From Psammoneis japonica (taxonomy: Eukaryota), in NCBI GenBank assembly GCA_008632985.1, contig QPGO01000060.1, forward strand, positions 248,001 to 312,000: a stretch of DNA of 64,000 nt. The letters are read 5' to 3'. The notes below the pieces were generated by a model. The model did no database searches, was not told where the DNA came from, and saw nothing but the letters and a program-made list of their open reading frames with translations. Below, piece by piece: positions 49,550 to 61,566 of the stretch. Position 1 is the first letter of the stretch. Every line of letters begins with the position of its first letter. Position numbers and translations under genes: made by a program.

Positions 49550-52500
49550 CAATGAGACCATGATGAGTCGTCATTGTTTCCGCGCACCCTTTCGATCGAG
49601 GTTTCTTTGGCAAGGTGCTGTAAAACTTGGGTCAAAGCAGCGTTTGTGTTGCAGATGTCATCCGATGGGACAGAGTGAGAAGAAAAAAAGAGCGAAGGAG
49701 TGGGGAACACTGTGTCGAATCTTTGTCCTTCTTCAGACAAAGAAAGAGAACAGCAACAGCATCAAAAGCAAGCAAAGAAGCATCCATTTGAAATGGACTC
49801 CAGGCCCTGGGTTCAATGGTGGTGGCTCTGCGGCCCATTTTCTCAGAAAGACATCACCAAACACAGCCAAAAAGTGGCTGAGAGAGAATGATTTCAGTGG
49901 AGTCAAGGTGTCTCAGGTTTGCCCTTTGTGGGAAGGATTCAACTCAGCAGAAAGCACAGAGCTTTCAGTTTGGCACAGTGAAGAACTTGGGGAGAGCTGC
50001 TTTTTGTCACCAAGAAATGTCACATTGAACTGCAGCTTGGGCATGACATTGCTTTTGGAAGCCAAGTTGCTGGCCTGTCAGGGGATCTTTTGTAAGATGG
50101 CACACAAACTTTTCATGCGGTCTTGCAGTGGAGTGGAGCATGAGCTCATACAAGTGGCCAAAGGAATGTTGCACAATGATGGACCACCTCTCCTTGCAAT
50201 GATGGGCCACCTCTCCTTTTGTTCTGCATTGTTGTTTTGCAGCTCGTGGGAATCAACAAAAGTTGCATGTGGGGATGGAGTTGCTGTGGGGTGCTTTTGA
50301 GGAACACATTGTGCTCATGACCTGCAAGAAATGCTTTGTCAAATTCAAGCTGATCCTCAAATTTGATGAGACCATTGCAAACTCATTGGAGAAACTGTCG
50401 TTTGAGAGTTTTGAACAAGCTTTGCAGAGATCTGCCATGAAATTGGTGCACACTGGAGAGTGCAATGCCACAGCTCTCCTGCCAATGTCACTTTGGCCTG
50501 CACCTCTGTTGACACCCCCAAAATGACAGCAATGCTCTGCAAAGCCAACAAGACTTTCTCAAGCTGCAAAACATTTGCTTGCTTGCACACATTTCCTTCA
50601 CACATGCTGCATCACAGAGAGCAAGTTGTGGACCTTCTGAAGCTCCTTGCTGATTGACTCTTTGCTCAGGGTGTCAATCAGATGGTCTGGCATAGAATGC
50701 CCTGCAACCCTCCTTTGCAAGTCTGTCACTGGACATTTTGTGCTTCCATTCACATGGGTCCTGACTGCCAGCATTTTCCATGACCAACTGTCCATCTTCA
50801 ACAGCCACCTCACACCAAGGTCTCAAAAAGAGAGGTCAAACTCTCAGCTGACTTGCTGTCTGCATGCCCAACAAAGATGAAATTGTTTGTGGTGATTTGC
50901 CACCTGAATGTTGCGTGCCAGGATCCCAGGACCATTGGGAAATGCACTGTGTCTGTCTGCCAGTGGAGATGGAAGGATGCACCCCTCGTTGGATTTCTGA
51001 GCCCTTTTTGTCCCATGCAGAAGTTTGGAATGGACAACTTTGGTGCAGATCTCAATTTTTTCAAGCCTTGTGCATCAACGTGGAGCAGCTTGACCATGAT
51101 GCCCTCCAAATGATGACAGCTCTGGCTCAAAAAGGACTGTCAATTGTCCTCAAAAAGGACCCCAAGCAACCTGAACACAATCCACAGGAAGGGTGCAATG
51201 TCCCTTTAGAAACACTGCCTTTGCCACACAGCAACCAACTCCCTTGTTTTTGGGCTCACCAAGACAACATGGTCACATGGGTGTTTTCAGCACACCCAGA
51301 AGCAGCAAGCAACCTGAAGCATCCCATTGCATGCATGGGCAGTCATTCAGTGATGGCCCTAAATTCCTTGCAGTTGAAACAGAGTCTGAAAATGGATTTG
51401 CACCAGTCCAACATTGTCTTTGAGCCATGTCAGCCTCCACTTTTGAAAATTGAAGGCAGCTCCATTTCTTTCAATGACATTGATTGCCCCCCCCCCCCCC
51501 CCTGCCATGGCTGAACCACAGACAGGTTTTGTGAACCTTTCATCATTCTTGGCAAAACAGTGTTGCAGCTGCTTTGCCTGTGCTCCATTTCAATCCACTT
51601 CCCTGCTTTGAACCATTTTCTGTTGGGTTCCAAGTTCCAAGGGGCACCACAGAGCCAGAGGAAGTGAGGGAAAGAGGGCAAGGCATTTTGCTGTGGATGT
51701 TGGGTGAATTGCTGAACCTGTCTTCAAAACAGCAAGCTCATTGGTTTCAAGAGAAATGATCAAACTCAATCCACTCCTGATGGAGAGCATTTTAAGTTTT
51801 AAGTGTGAGAGAAAACTGCCATCTTGATTGAAATGCACAAAAACATGTTTGCTGCATTGTGCTCCCCCCAGGCTTGACAACAACATTTTAGATGAGAAGC
51901 ATTTGCTCCCCAGATTGAAGAGAATCCAAAGGCTGCATTAAATTGGGTGCAATCTTGATGAGTCAAACAAAGCATCTCTGGATGATGTTGCAACCAAAAA
52001 CACAGCAAGAATGACACCTTGAGAGCTTGCAGTTGAGGAAAAGAATGACTGTTGCACACTGTTGCTGTGCAAAGCTAGACCCATCAAATCTTCCCAAGCC
52101 CATCAAGAAGGCTTGGCACACTGGGTCTTGACATCATGCAGCAAAGAGTGTCTGAGCGCCAAAGCCACAAACCTGAAATTGATCACCCGCAAGTCTCACA
52201 GGGTTGCTTTGCTTGTTTTTGCAAGTGCTTTTAGAGAGCTCTCCAGAGATTCTTCCTTGATGGAAAGATGTCACAGAGGAAGAAGCAAAGCAGGCCAGCA
52301 CTTCCTCTTTGCCTCCTGCAAGCATTGGCAACCAGTGTTTGAGCAGCACTTGATTGTGAGGGGATTGAGAGTGCAGTCTTGTTCATCATTCCAATTGCCA
52401 CACAATTGTTGTTGTAAAATGACTTGGCCTCAGCAAACACCACTGTTGGGGTGATCACACCTGCGGTTCACATGAGAATTGAAGGGCTTGCCATCAACCC

Positions 52501-53790
52501 AGAAGAAGTTGCCACTGTCTCTGTTTTTCAGCCCACCAATTCAAAACAAATTTTTGCCAGCTAGGACAGAACTGGTGCCTTTGCATTGGGCTGTCTGCTG
52601 TTTCTTGTGGTTGAGAATAGAAGCCAAGCTGCATTGTCTGTTTGTCCTTTCTCTCCAAAAATCTTGGCAAAAGTGGCAGGAACAGGATTGACAATCAAGC
52701 TGCAGTGCTTCTTGTGATGATTTCACTTCTTAGAACTGCAACTCAAACCACAAAGAGAATTGCAGGCATTGTTAACATCAACAGCAGCCTTGTCATTGTG
52801 AGCACAGATGGCAGCAAAGGCAACTGCCAAAGAGCAAGCAACTTCATTGTCGGTGCAACGGACAAAAATCATGTGGTTTGCATTGCTGCCACTTTGCAGT
52901 CTCACATGATTCAAGGCAGTGAACCACACTGGCACAGAGTGAAAAAGTCCACATTGTCAACTGAGCCAGACAACTCAAGGCTCCATGGTTTTTGATTGTC
53001 CCTTGCAGATGCATGCCTGTGAACTGAAAGTGGGGAGCTGGTCAATCAACAGTCAAAAGATTTGGTGGGAGACTCATCTGCAAGTTGCTTTCAAAAGACT
53101 TGCTTGTGGTGCACTCTCTAGCAATGCCACTCATGAAGGAAGCACTGCAAGACAGTGTCCACCTTTGTGAGCAAGCAGCTGCCAGCTGAGCAAAAAGCAG
53201 CTTGAGTTGCAGCCATTTGGCAGATGGGGCCACTGCACCAGCTTGGCCTTGATTTTTCTCCTGGGCAGCTCCACATTGACAATTGAAAGTTCAGCCAACA
53301 TGCCAATGGCAAAAAAAAAAGTCTCACCTTGCATGCTTGAAACCCAGTGCGGTTGGGGGACAACAGAAAGGCACAGAGCTGGTGTTTGATGGGAGATCTT
53401 TCAAAGCTCGCTGAAGCCATTTGTTGTTTCTTGTTTGCATCAAGTTTGACCAGTTGGGAAAACTTTGTCCTCATTTTAATGTGTTGAGTGACACCAGTGT
53501 GTTCTGTGTTCGCTGGCACGACATCTGCTTGATGGGAGGAGTCAGCTGGCAGTGCTGGTCTCACCCCACACCCACACAACTTCATTGCATTTTTTCTTTT
53601 TGGCTTTGCAGCACTCGAGAAGCACTCACAAAGCAGGGACAGGGAGACTGGGAGAAAGTCCTTGGAGAGGTCATCCTCATCCATGATGGCGAGATGTCAC
53701 TTCTCCCCACCACATTGTCAACCATCGCATTGTGTTAACAAGCTTTGCGGGTGATTGTTGCATGATTAAAAAACGCGCCAAATAAAGCTC
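49550..53790. other. TpA/CpG-depleted degenerate island 3 (unidentified relics, including a paralog of the 59.5-60.4 kb sequence)
   Basis: Same dinucleotide signature as island 1; MASASFERSPIKHQL (~53420, -) matches MAASACFERSPVKHKL (~60380, -). Confidence 0.8.
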
Positions 53791-55159
53791 TAGCTACCGG
53801 TAGTAGCGCGGCATGCACGAAAACTGTAACCTGAAAGGGAAAAAAAGCTGTGGTTGGTCGTTTGGTTTGTGGGTGTGCCATCCAACAGTGAGTGTCAGCA
53901 TTGCGTGTGTGAATTTGCGTTCTTAGTCAAATCATGACTTCGTCTAAGCCAACCTCTGTTCTTCTCTGTTGATTCATTAAAGTGGGTGTTGTTGCCGTGT
54001 ACGCGCTCAATGACGACTTAAGTCCATTCAGCGAGAAGCCAAAAACGGAATGGTGACTCCGTCGACCTGCATCTTGGCAAAGACCGTCTTGCTCATTCCC
54101 ATCATGCTTGACTTTGAGCTCTTTGCCCTTGGCATTCCAGACTATGCCATTCAGAACTACCCCCCCCCCCCCCCCCCCGCAGCTTTGGATTGTCCATTTT
54201 GCTGTGGTCCTGTCTGATTTACGTCTTTGAGTGTGTGGCGGAAGCGCTCTCGGTTGTCTTTGATGATCCCATCATGGGCATGCTGCAGTTTTTGAACTTT
54301 TGGTTTGCCAGTTTCTCGTTTGGAGGTGCGTCGGCATGGATGCCTTTGGTGTTGTGTGAGCTTCACGACATGGTCTCACCTTCCTTCCGCCCGTGTATAC
54401 AGGATTCCCCATTTCGGTGGATGATTTGTACTGGCCCCTCAAGCTCTTTTACTACATCATGCCTTTTAGCTACTGTGTGCGCAGCACCATTTAAAATCTC
54501 TTCACCAACTCGGATTGGACGCCGTATTTGGATCCCGAAAACCAGGCTGTCTGCACCAACAGCACGTCTGGACTTGACGTTTTGGACGAGTTCGGAAAGG
54601 TTTATCCGGTCCTGTGACCAGCGACAAAACCATTGCGCAAGACATTGGAGTTCTCATTGCAATTGCCATGTTCTACAAGATTGTCTCTGTCGTTGGGATC
54701 ATGGTGAAATCTCGAAAGGTTTCCAAAATAAAAGAGATGTAGGGGCTCAAGACGAGGGGTGGTTCGAGTCTTGTTGTGCACGAAAATATGCTCCTTGCCT
54801 TTCCGCTGTCTTACCTTTTTTATCTTCTTGACATGATATCTAAGTTCGCAAGTAGGTGTGAGCGAGCATCACCGGTTGTTTCTTGTCTGTGCTGTGATTG
54901 TCTAGCTGCACTAGAGGGCACTAAAGGATAGCATCACAGAGTTTCATACCGAGCTAGTTAAGTCTTCCCAAACGTGTCGGTGAAGGCTGCGGAACGCCAC
55001 AGCTCTCTCGCCATCGCCAAGACCTAAAGAGTCATTATGTTGAGCGTTTTTCACTGAAACACAACTACTACTCATTACTTTAGGTATACCACATTTTATG
55101 TCCTTCCGATGGCACCGTCATGTGGAATAGATCGCAGCCGCTTCTTGTTACCATTTCAA

Positions 55160-56529
55160 TCAAGCATCAAGATTGCCGGGGTTGTCACTGGAACTGTATT
55201 CCTCGACAGTCGAAGACTCCCCACAGCTACTTCCCTCCTGGCCAGCTGCGCGACTTCCTACGGGCGACGATTCTCCAACACTAGAAACTTGATCGCCTGA
55301 ATCGTTTCTAATTGCCATAACCAAGTCTACGGGAAGCTGTTTTCCTCCACCTACAGCCCATGCAGTGGGGTTGTCGCTGTCATAACAAGCTTCTCGTAGT
55401 GGGGACACTACAGTCCTATTCGAGTCGCTGCTGGGCGAAGACGAGCCGTTACGTGAAACGTTACCGGGTAAAGAGGCAGCACGGGCCTTTTTGTTAGCAG
55501 AAAGAATGATTTGATCAGCGTTCTTCATCGATTCCAGAGCTCGCTTGCTAGGCCTGTTGACCCGTACGTTAGCCTTACGGAGCTTCTCGTACATCTCAGC
55601 TTGGTCACTGTCGCCCTTCTTTTCCAGATCTTCAACGCGCTCTTGAAGCCATCCAACTCGATCTTTCAGCCGTTTGTTCTGTTCTTCTTTCTCAGCGTTT
55701 TGATACTTTTCAGAGATCAAGCGCTCACGATGATCAATAAGATTGGAAAGCTGCTGAAGAAATGGCGCTCGCAAATCAGGTGGGAGAAGACCGACGAAGT
55801 GGCGGAATCGAAGAAAATGGCCATTCCACTGTTCGTCATCATACAAACCAGTATTCTGCAACTTAACAATGATCTCCGCGACACTAAGCATAGTCAGTGT
55901 CGCACCTTCGGTGAAAGAAAACGACGTCATGAACAAGGGGTGAGCAATCAATCACTAACGCCGTGGAAGAGTTGAAAGGAGTCTAGGAACTTACCCTTTC
56001 CAGGAACAGAAGATTCATCACTTTCTGATGCCATTATGGCCTTTCTTGTAGCTTTAGCCTTCTCTTTCTAACGGATTGAAGACACAAGGGAGACGCAAAC
56101 AACAACTGGTCAGGAAAATGACAAGAAATCTGATGCGTCTATGCTTTGCGCGGTCTTCAGTGAAAAAGGCTGCCGCGTAGAATCTATACCCAAGTCCACG
56201 TACGACCCAAAGTAACGGCTCATCGCGATAACGGCTAAGATCGCGCTTTCAAGCTGGCGATTCAAGAAAGAAATGCAGCAGGATTGCTGAGACGTCGGCA
56301 GACAACCGCATCTTCACAGCAAAGCGAAACAACCTTGGATCCATACATTGCGTCACGTACACGGGATAGTTCTGTACAAAGAGACCACGACAGTTCCGAA
56401 AGAGCCTCCACAATGGGTGCAACAAGTAGTAGAACTCACCTTCTTCTCCTTGGTCGCGGCGCTCACATTAGATGTCTTCACGGTGCGAGCGCTTGAATAG
56501 GACGCGACACTGATGTCGTCGTTTGCCAT
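55160..56529 (-). CDS. Unknown coiled-coil protein, tandem paralog A; 3 exons (56529-56440, 56067-55995, ~55905-55160)
   Basis: Exon 1 MANDDISVASYSSARTVKTSNVSAATKEKK; 73-nt exon 2; GT-AG introns at the same positions as in paralog B. Confidence 0.7.
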
Positions 56530-57451
56530 GGTAACGGGTTATGTATCTGATAAAGCTTGAGGTTTTGTCTTGATTGCTCAAGAATGAAAGTGAGAGAAAG
56601 CATTGGTGCCCGTCCAAGCTTGCCACGACCGATGGCTCGAAAGAAGTTTGCGAACAGTTTTCAAGTGGTATTCTAGGGCGGACTTTTCCTTCCTCCAAAG
56701 AAAAGAAAACATTCACGAATCTATCACCACTAAGACGCCATGCGCTCAAGAAAGACAGGCTTTTCGTCTCCCCTTACAACATGCCTCAATTAGAGCAGGT
56801 ACGAAGTGCCTCCGCTCACCTTATCAAATACGAAATCTCTCAATGCTATGCTCATTGCTCAAGCCAGGCCCAACATGACATGTCTGCGGCTCTCGAGGAT
56901 GTGGTACCGTTAAAATGACCCTACGTAGCTTAACTCCAGAATGCTAAACCACAGCCAATTATTCCCTTGCGCTGGTGCACACATCATGAAGCACGCCGGA
57001 GACGAGTGCCTTCTCCACACCCCACACCAACTACACCACCGTGTCGGCCGCCATAGGCAAGCTCTTCTATTAAAAGCACGTTCTCAATCTACCAACAAAA
57101 CCGTTTACTTTCTAGAAATACACTATGGTAGCATCGACTACCGGTAGACTAAGGGATACCGAGCATCGACACACATATTTTACATCAACTCATTTCAGAT
57201 TTCAGACAATCCAACAACATCCAACATCATGACAAATGGGGTGTCTATTGTGTTGAGTGTTGGCATCGAACTCGATTGAGAACAAAAATCTTTCGAGCCG
57301 AAGAAAGGCAAAATACTGTACGTTATGCAAATAATTCAGTTCAACATATTAGTATCCTCCTACGGTCAGTCTTTCAATTACAAAGCAACATGTTCAAATC
57401 CTTTAGTCCGTGGGTCTCTCCCGTCACTCCAATGACTCGGCTTATCGACGC

Positions 57452-59140
57452 TTAGATTCGTCGCCCGTCGTTGAGAGAGCCGTCTGACTCACTATTCAAT
57501 TGATCACTTGAAGACGATTCACAGTTTTCCTCATTGTTGGAAGTCTCCGACCCCTCTTCATCCAAAGCTCCGCCACCTTTCAAGCTATTTCCGTCAGAAG
57601 TCGGTGCGCCAGGTGATGAAGCACCTTGGGTGAGGCGGAGTCTCTTGCCGGGAGGGATGGCAGTGTCCAGATCTAGCTTTCGTTCACGAGGCCGCTTGTG
57701 ACTTGCTTGCAGTCCCGCGTAAGCCTTGTCCACAAGGTTGTTGAGGTCTTTAACAAGTTTCACGAGGGATGCGATTTCCTTCTCGGAGACAATCCAAAGA
57801 CGCTCTTTGAGACCACGGATTTGCTCTTCAAGCACTTCTCTGTCTCCAGCAGAGAGAGTTGCAGCGCTACTTCCGTCGTCAGCGGAGTTCTTGTTCACGA
57901 TGACCTCCATATCCAGAAGTTTGACACGCACTGAGGTTGAAGAGCTAGATGAGCTCTTGCTTCCGGAAGAAGAATGGCGGTTCCTGTTGTCAGGGCTGCT
58001 ACGCTGCGTGTTGTCGGGAGCGACAGCAACTCCACGATCCTCCTCGTCAGTTGATCTAAGGCGAGCCTCTGTCTGAAATACGTCGCGCTGCTTTCGACTT
58101 GCTTGAAGCTCCTCGTTGGCATCATCTCGAATGCTGCTGAGACATTCAACTTGTGCAGTGAAGGCATCTTTAAGAGGAGCAACCTCCCTGTGAAGCTCTT
58201 TGCAACGCCCTTCAAGTTCCGCGTTGCGCCCTTTAAGTTCCGCGTTGCGCCCTTTAAGTTCCGCGATGCGTTCTTCATTGTCCCGAGCTTCCTCCCTTAA
58301 TTGGTCAACATCCATCAACCGAAGGCGATGGTTGAAATGAATGGAGAGTTGCACTTCAAATGAAACCTGCGACTCTGGTGGAAGACGTGCGACGAGTTTC
58401 CGGTAACGTTCGACGTAGCGCGCGTATGTCTTGTCGTCGTACAGATCGACCTTCTGGATCTTGACAAAGGTTTGCGACAGTGACTCCATGACCTTGACCA
58501 ACTCTGCTGTGATTCGAAACGCCAGCCACAAAGAGAAATCAAAACATGAGCAAGGCACAAGGTGATCTTACGCGAGGAATAAAAATGGAAGAGCCCCACT
58601 CACCCATTGCATCAACACTAGATTCATCACGTTCTGATGACATGATGGTCTTTCTTCGAGCCTTAGCCTTCTCTTTCTAACGGATTGAACACACAATGGA
58701 GGCGAAAACAACAACGTGGTCAGTAAAATGACAAGAAATGGATGCGTGTCTGCTCTGCGTGATCGTTCGTCGAAACGGTTGTCGTGTAGAATTTGTACCG
58801 AAGCCTACAGCGACAGAAAGCGTAACGGCACAAAAGAAATCCGGTGCTCATCTTGATCACTCAAGACGACAACGGTCGTCTCTCGAGTTAACGGTTCCAG
58901 AAAGAGACGCAACCGGAAAGGGCAGGTTGCCACGGCTCATACAGAACCCATACCTTCACAAGCCACGTGTCCCACGAATCCATACATTGCGCCACGATAC
59001 GCATCAGATTGTCTTGTACAGAGAGATCACGAACACTGTCAAAGAAACGAGCTCACCTTCTTCTTCGCCTCGGCGCTCACGTTGCATGTCTTGACGGTGC
59101 GAGCGCTTGAACACGAGACACTAGTGTTGTCGTTTGTCAT
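57452..59140 (-). CDS. Unknown coiled-coil protein, tandem paralog B; 3 exons (59140-59057, 58676-58604, 58506-57452)
   Basis: Exon 1 MTNDNTSVSCSSARTVKTCNVSAEAKKK; 73-nt exon 2; shared LYDD...LPP core; 21-bp heptad repeat AELKGRN x3. Confidence 0.75.
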
Positions 59141-59499
59141 GGTAACAGGGTTTCGTATCGCTTGTGGCTTTCGTCTTGATTGCTGGAAAAATATAAGTGA
59201 GAGAAAGCGTTGGAGCATCGACGCTTGGTATTCACGACCGATGGCCAGAAAGAGGTTTGCGAAACGTATTCAATCGGGACTCATGGCAGACGTTTCCTTT
59301 CTCACCACATATTGGCTTTGTAAGCTCAAACTATCAGGAGCATGCACCAACCGATCTCGCGGACTTTTCCAACCAACCAGCTTTGAGATTCAAGCCTCTG
59401 AGGATCGCTACAAGGGTCCAAAGCGTACATGGGCGACCTCGTTGGTCTCACAAACCTTAGCCCACGGGTATCAAACAATACCTGGCGCAACCAAGTATA

Positions 59500-60390
59500 T
59501 TCATGATTAAACCAATTGGGATCCATCACTACTGCGGAGTGTTTATAACTTCTTTTGAAAAGTCCTTCCCCACCATCAATTCTTGTTGAGTCACGGGAAA
59601 CAGATGAAACTGTTTCTGTCAACAAGCATCGGCAAACAAACGTTGGGATATTGAAAAGGCTTCCCGTTGGCGCATCATGGACTGAGACGTCGGCTGCTCC
59701 GAGGAGAGTAAGGTTGCGAGTCAAAATGTTTGGCTTTGGAACCTTCAGTACTTCTCGTAAATCCAACAATAGCACGGACAAGCTTTGCCGCTGACTATCA
59801 TAACTTTTGTTTCTCCAGCATTCGATCTTCTTTGGTGTTATGGCTGCCTACACTCCGTCAATTCAACGTTTCTGTTGATGGAAGATTCCTAGTACCTTTT
59901 GGCTTACCACAGCTTTTTAATTGTCACTTGGAGACCCGCCTACAAAATGACAATGAGGTCGTTGGTCAATCGAAAGAGTTTACCGGTCTCGTTTTCAAGT
60001 TTCAGAAGATCCATCGCAACGCCATACGACGTAATCATCGCGTTCACAAGGAGCTGCAGGATGAGCTACAGTTTGAACCGTGGCCCTTCTGCAGATTGTC
60101 CTCTCTCCCTCATAGTGATGAAAATTCTGCAGTAGGAGTTGTAGAGTTCAACCCAATCCACAGGTCCGTTGCCAAGGCGGCCTTGAACAATGTTCGTCTC
60201 CTGAAGTGGCGCTCCACAACATTGAATGCTCTGCAAGTGCAGCGCCAAGGCAAAAGAGGAGCGACAAACAAGAACGAAAAACAAGCTCTTGCCTTGCATG
60301 CTCAGCACAACCCATTGTCACAACAGCCAAGAGTTTGTGTTTGACAGGAGATCTTTCAAAGCATGCTGAAGCAGCCATTTGTTGCCTGTT
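59500..60390 (-). pseudogene. Stop-interrupted gene relic, paralogous to ~52700-53440
   Basis: DNA similarity 59905-59990 versus 52983-53063 and 60290-60410 versus 53327-53445; several stops in the protein-like frame. Confidence 0.45.
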
Positions 60391-60602
60391 TGCATTAGTT
60401 CTCCCCTCATCACCATTGTTGTCGGGCCAACCCCAATGTTCCGTTGCTGTCGTCAACGAGCAGCGCAGCGCGAGTGATGATCGCGCGACGAGAAAACGCG
60501 CCCAAAAATACTCGCGCGGTCAGCAAAAAACTGCAACCCGGAAATGAATCATTTGTTTTTTTGCGAAAACCAAAGCAACAAAGCCATTGGACCCCTATCA
60601 CC

Positions 60603-61325
60603 ATGGTAAAGCAGCCCCCCTTTACTGCGCAGCTTATCTATGCAGATACCAAGGCCAAGTTTCAGGAGCACACGGCTCCAAACGGCCAGGTCTACGTTGA
60701 AGTCGAACCGGACGCCGAATACTTTGTTCGGCTTCGTTCCGAACGCACTGGACGTGTTCTCTGTTTCATTGAGGTAGATGGAGAGGACCTTGGGTACCGC
60801 ACCAAACTTTCAAATGACTCTAGTTATCATGATAGGGGATTATATTCCTTTGATGGGGTGAATCATCAGACGATGAAAGCTCTTGTGTTTGTCAAGACGC
60901 CTGTACAGATGCAAGGCGATCCTGCAAACGCTCCTCCATACTGGACTGGAGAAATCAAGGTTTCATTCTATGAAGGAATCAGGACCGCAACAAAGGTTCA
61001 ACCAAAAGCATTGTCCAGTTCGTGGACTGGCGGAAATGTGGGACACATGATTGGAAACGATCCTAGCAAAAAGAAGGGTCTCAAATCAAGCAAGGGCGAG
61101 TACCAAGAAGTCAAGCAAGTTTCCGGTGGGAGACGCACAAAGTACAAAAAGGGACAACTCCTCGACACGATTGGCTTGAAGTACTGCTCTACGATTGGCT
61201 TGATTCATGCAGGGATCTTGCCCAAGCCGCCAGCATGGGAGCTTCATCGCATGATGTATCCCGCAAACACGGCTCCGGTGGATCAAGCGACCGCCGGTAT
61301 GAGTATCGACCTGACTGCGAGCTAG
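60603..61325 (+). CDS. Hypothetical protein (240 aa), predicted beta-rich N-terminus
   Basis: Clean ORF MVKQPPFTAQL...YVEVEPDAEYFVRL...VDGEDLGY...LKYCSTIGLIHAGIL with normal composition. Confidence 0.7.
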   Translation: MVKQPPFTAQLIYADTKAKFQEHTAPNGQVYVEVEPDAEYFVRLRSERTGRVLCFIEVDGEDLGYRTKLSNDSSYHDRGLYSFDGVNHQTMKALVFVKTPVQMQGDPANAPPYWTGEIKVSFYEGIRTATKVQPKALSSSWTGGNVGHMIGNDPSKKKGLKSSKGEYQEVKQVSGGRRTKYKKGQLLDTIGLKYCSTIGLIHAGILPKPPAWELHRMMYPANTAPVDQATAGMSIDLTAS

Positions 61326-61566
61326 AGGTCGAAGAGAGAGGTCCAATTGAGGATATCTTGCTTGACTTGTGGTACTCAAATCAACAGATTCGTTTACATG
61401 CAACATGCTAAAGTAGAGGCGTTTGGAATGTGGAATGTGTCTCGCCAGGCTTCTTCTTTCACTTCATTATAATGTTTTAGGCGTTTTACTCTGCACTTGT
61501 CAGTCGCTAGAAACACCTATAGTTCTACGAGAGTGAAGCAAAATTCTCAGACAGGAAACTCGGTTT

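Noticed and set aside
7350..53790. Alternative genetic code or contaminant DNA as the cause of the Tyr-free regions
   Set aside because: The effect is frame- and strand-independent, affects non-coding LTRs, and is seen in duplicates of adjacent host genes
54160..54178. Poly-C tracts (also ~18599-18612 and ~51487-51502) as G-quadruplex or regulatory elements
   Set aside because: Simple homopolymers with no shared context; lengths are unreliable in assemblies
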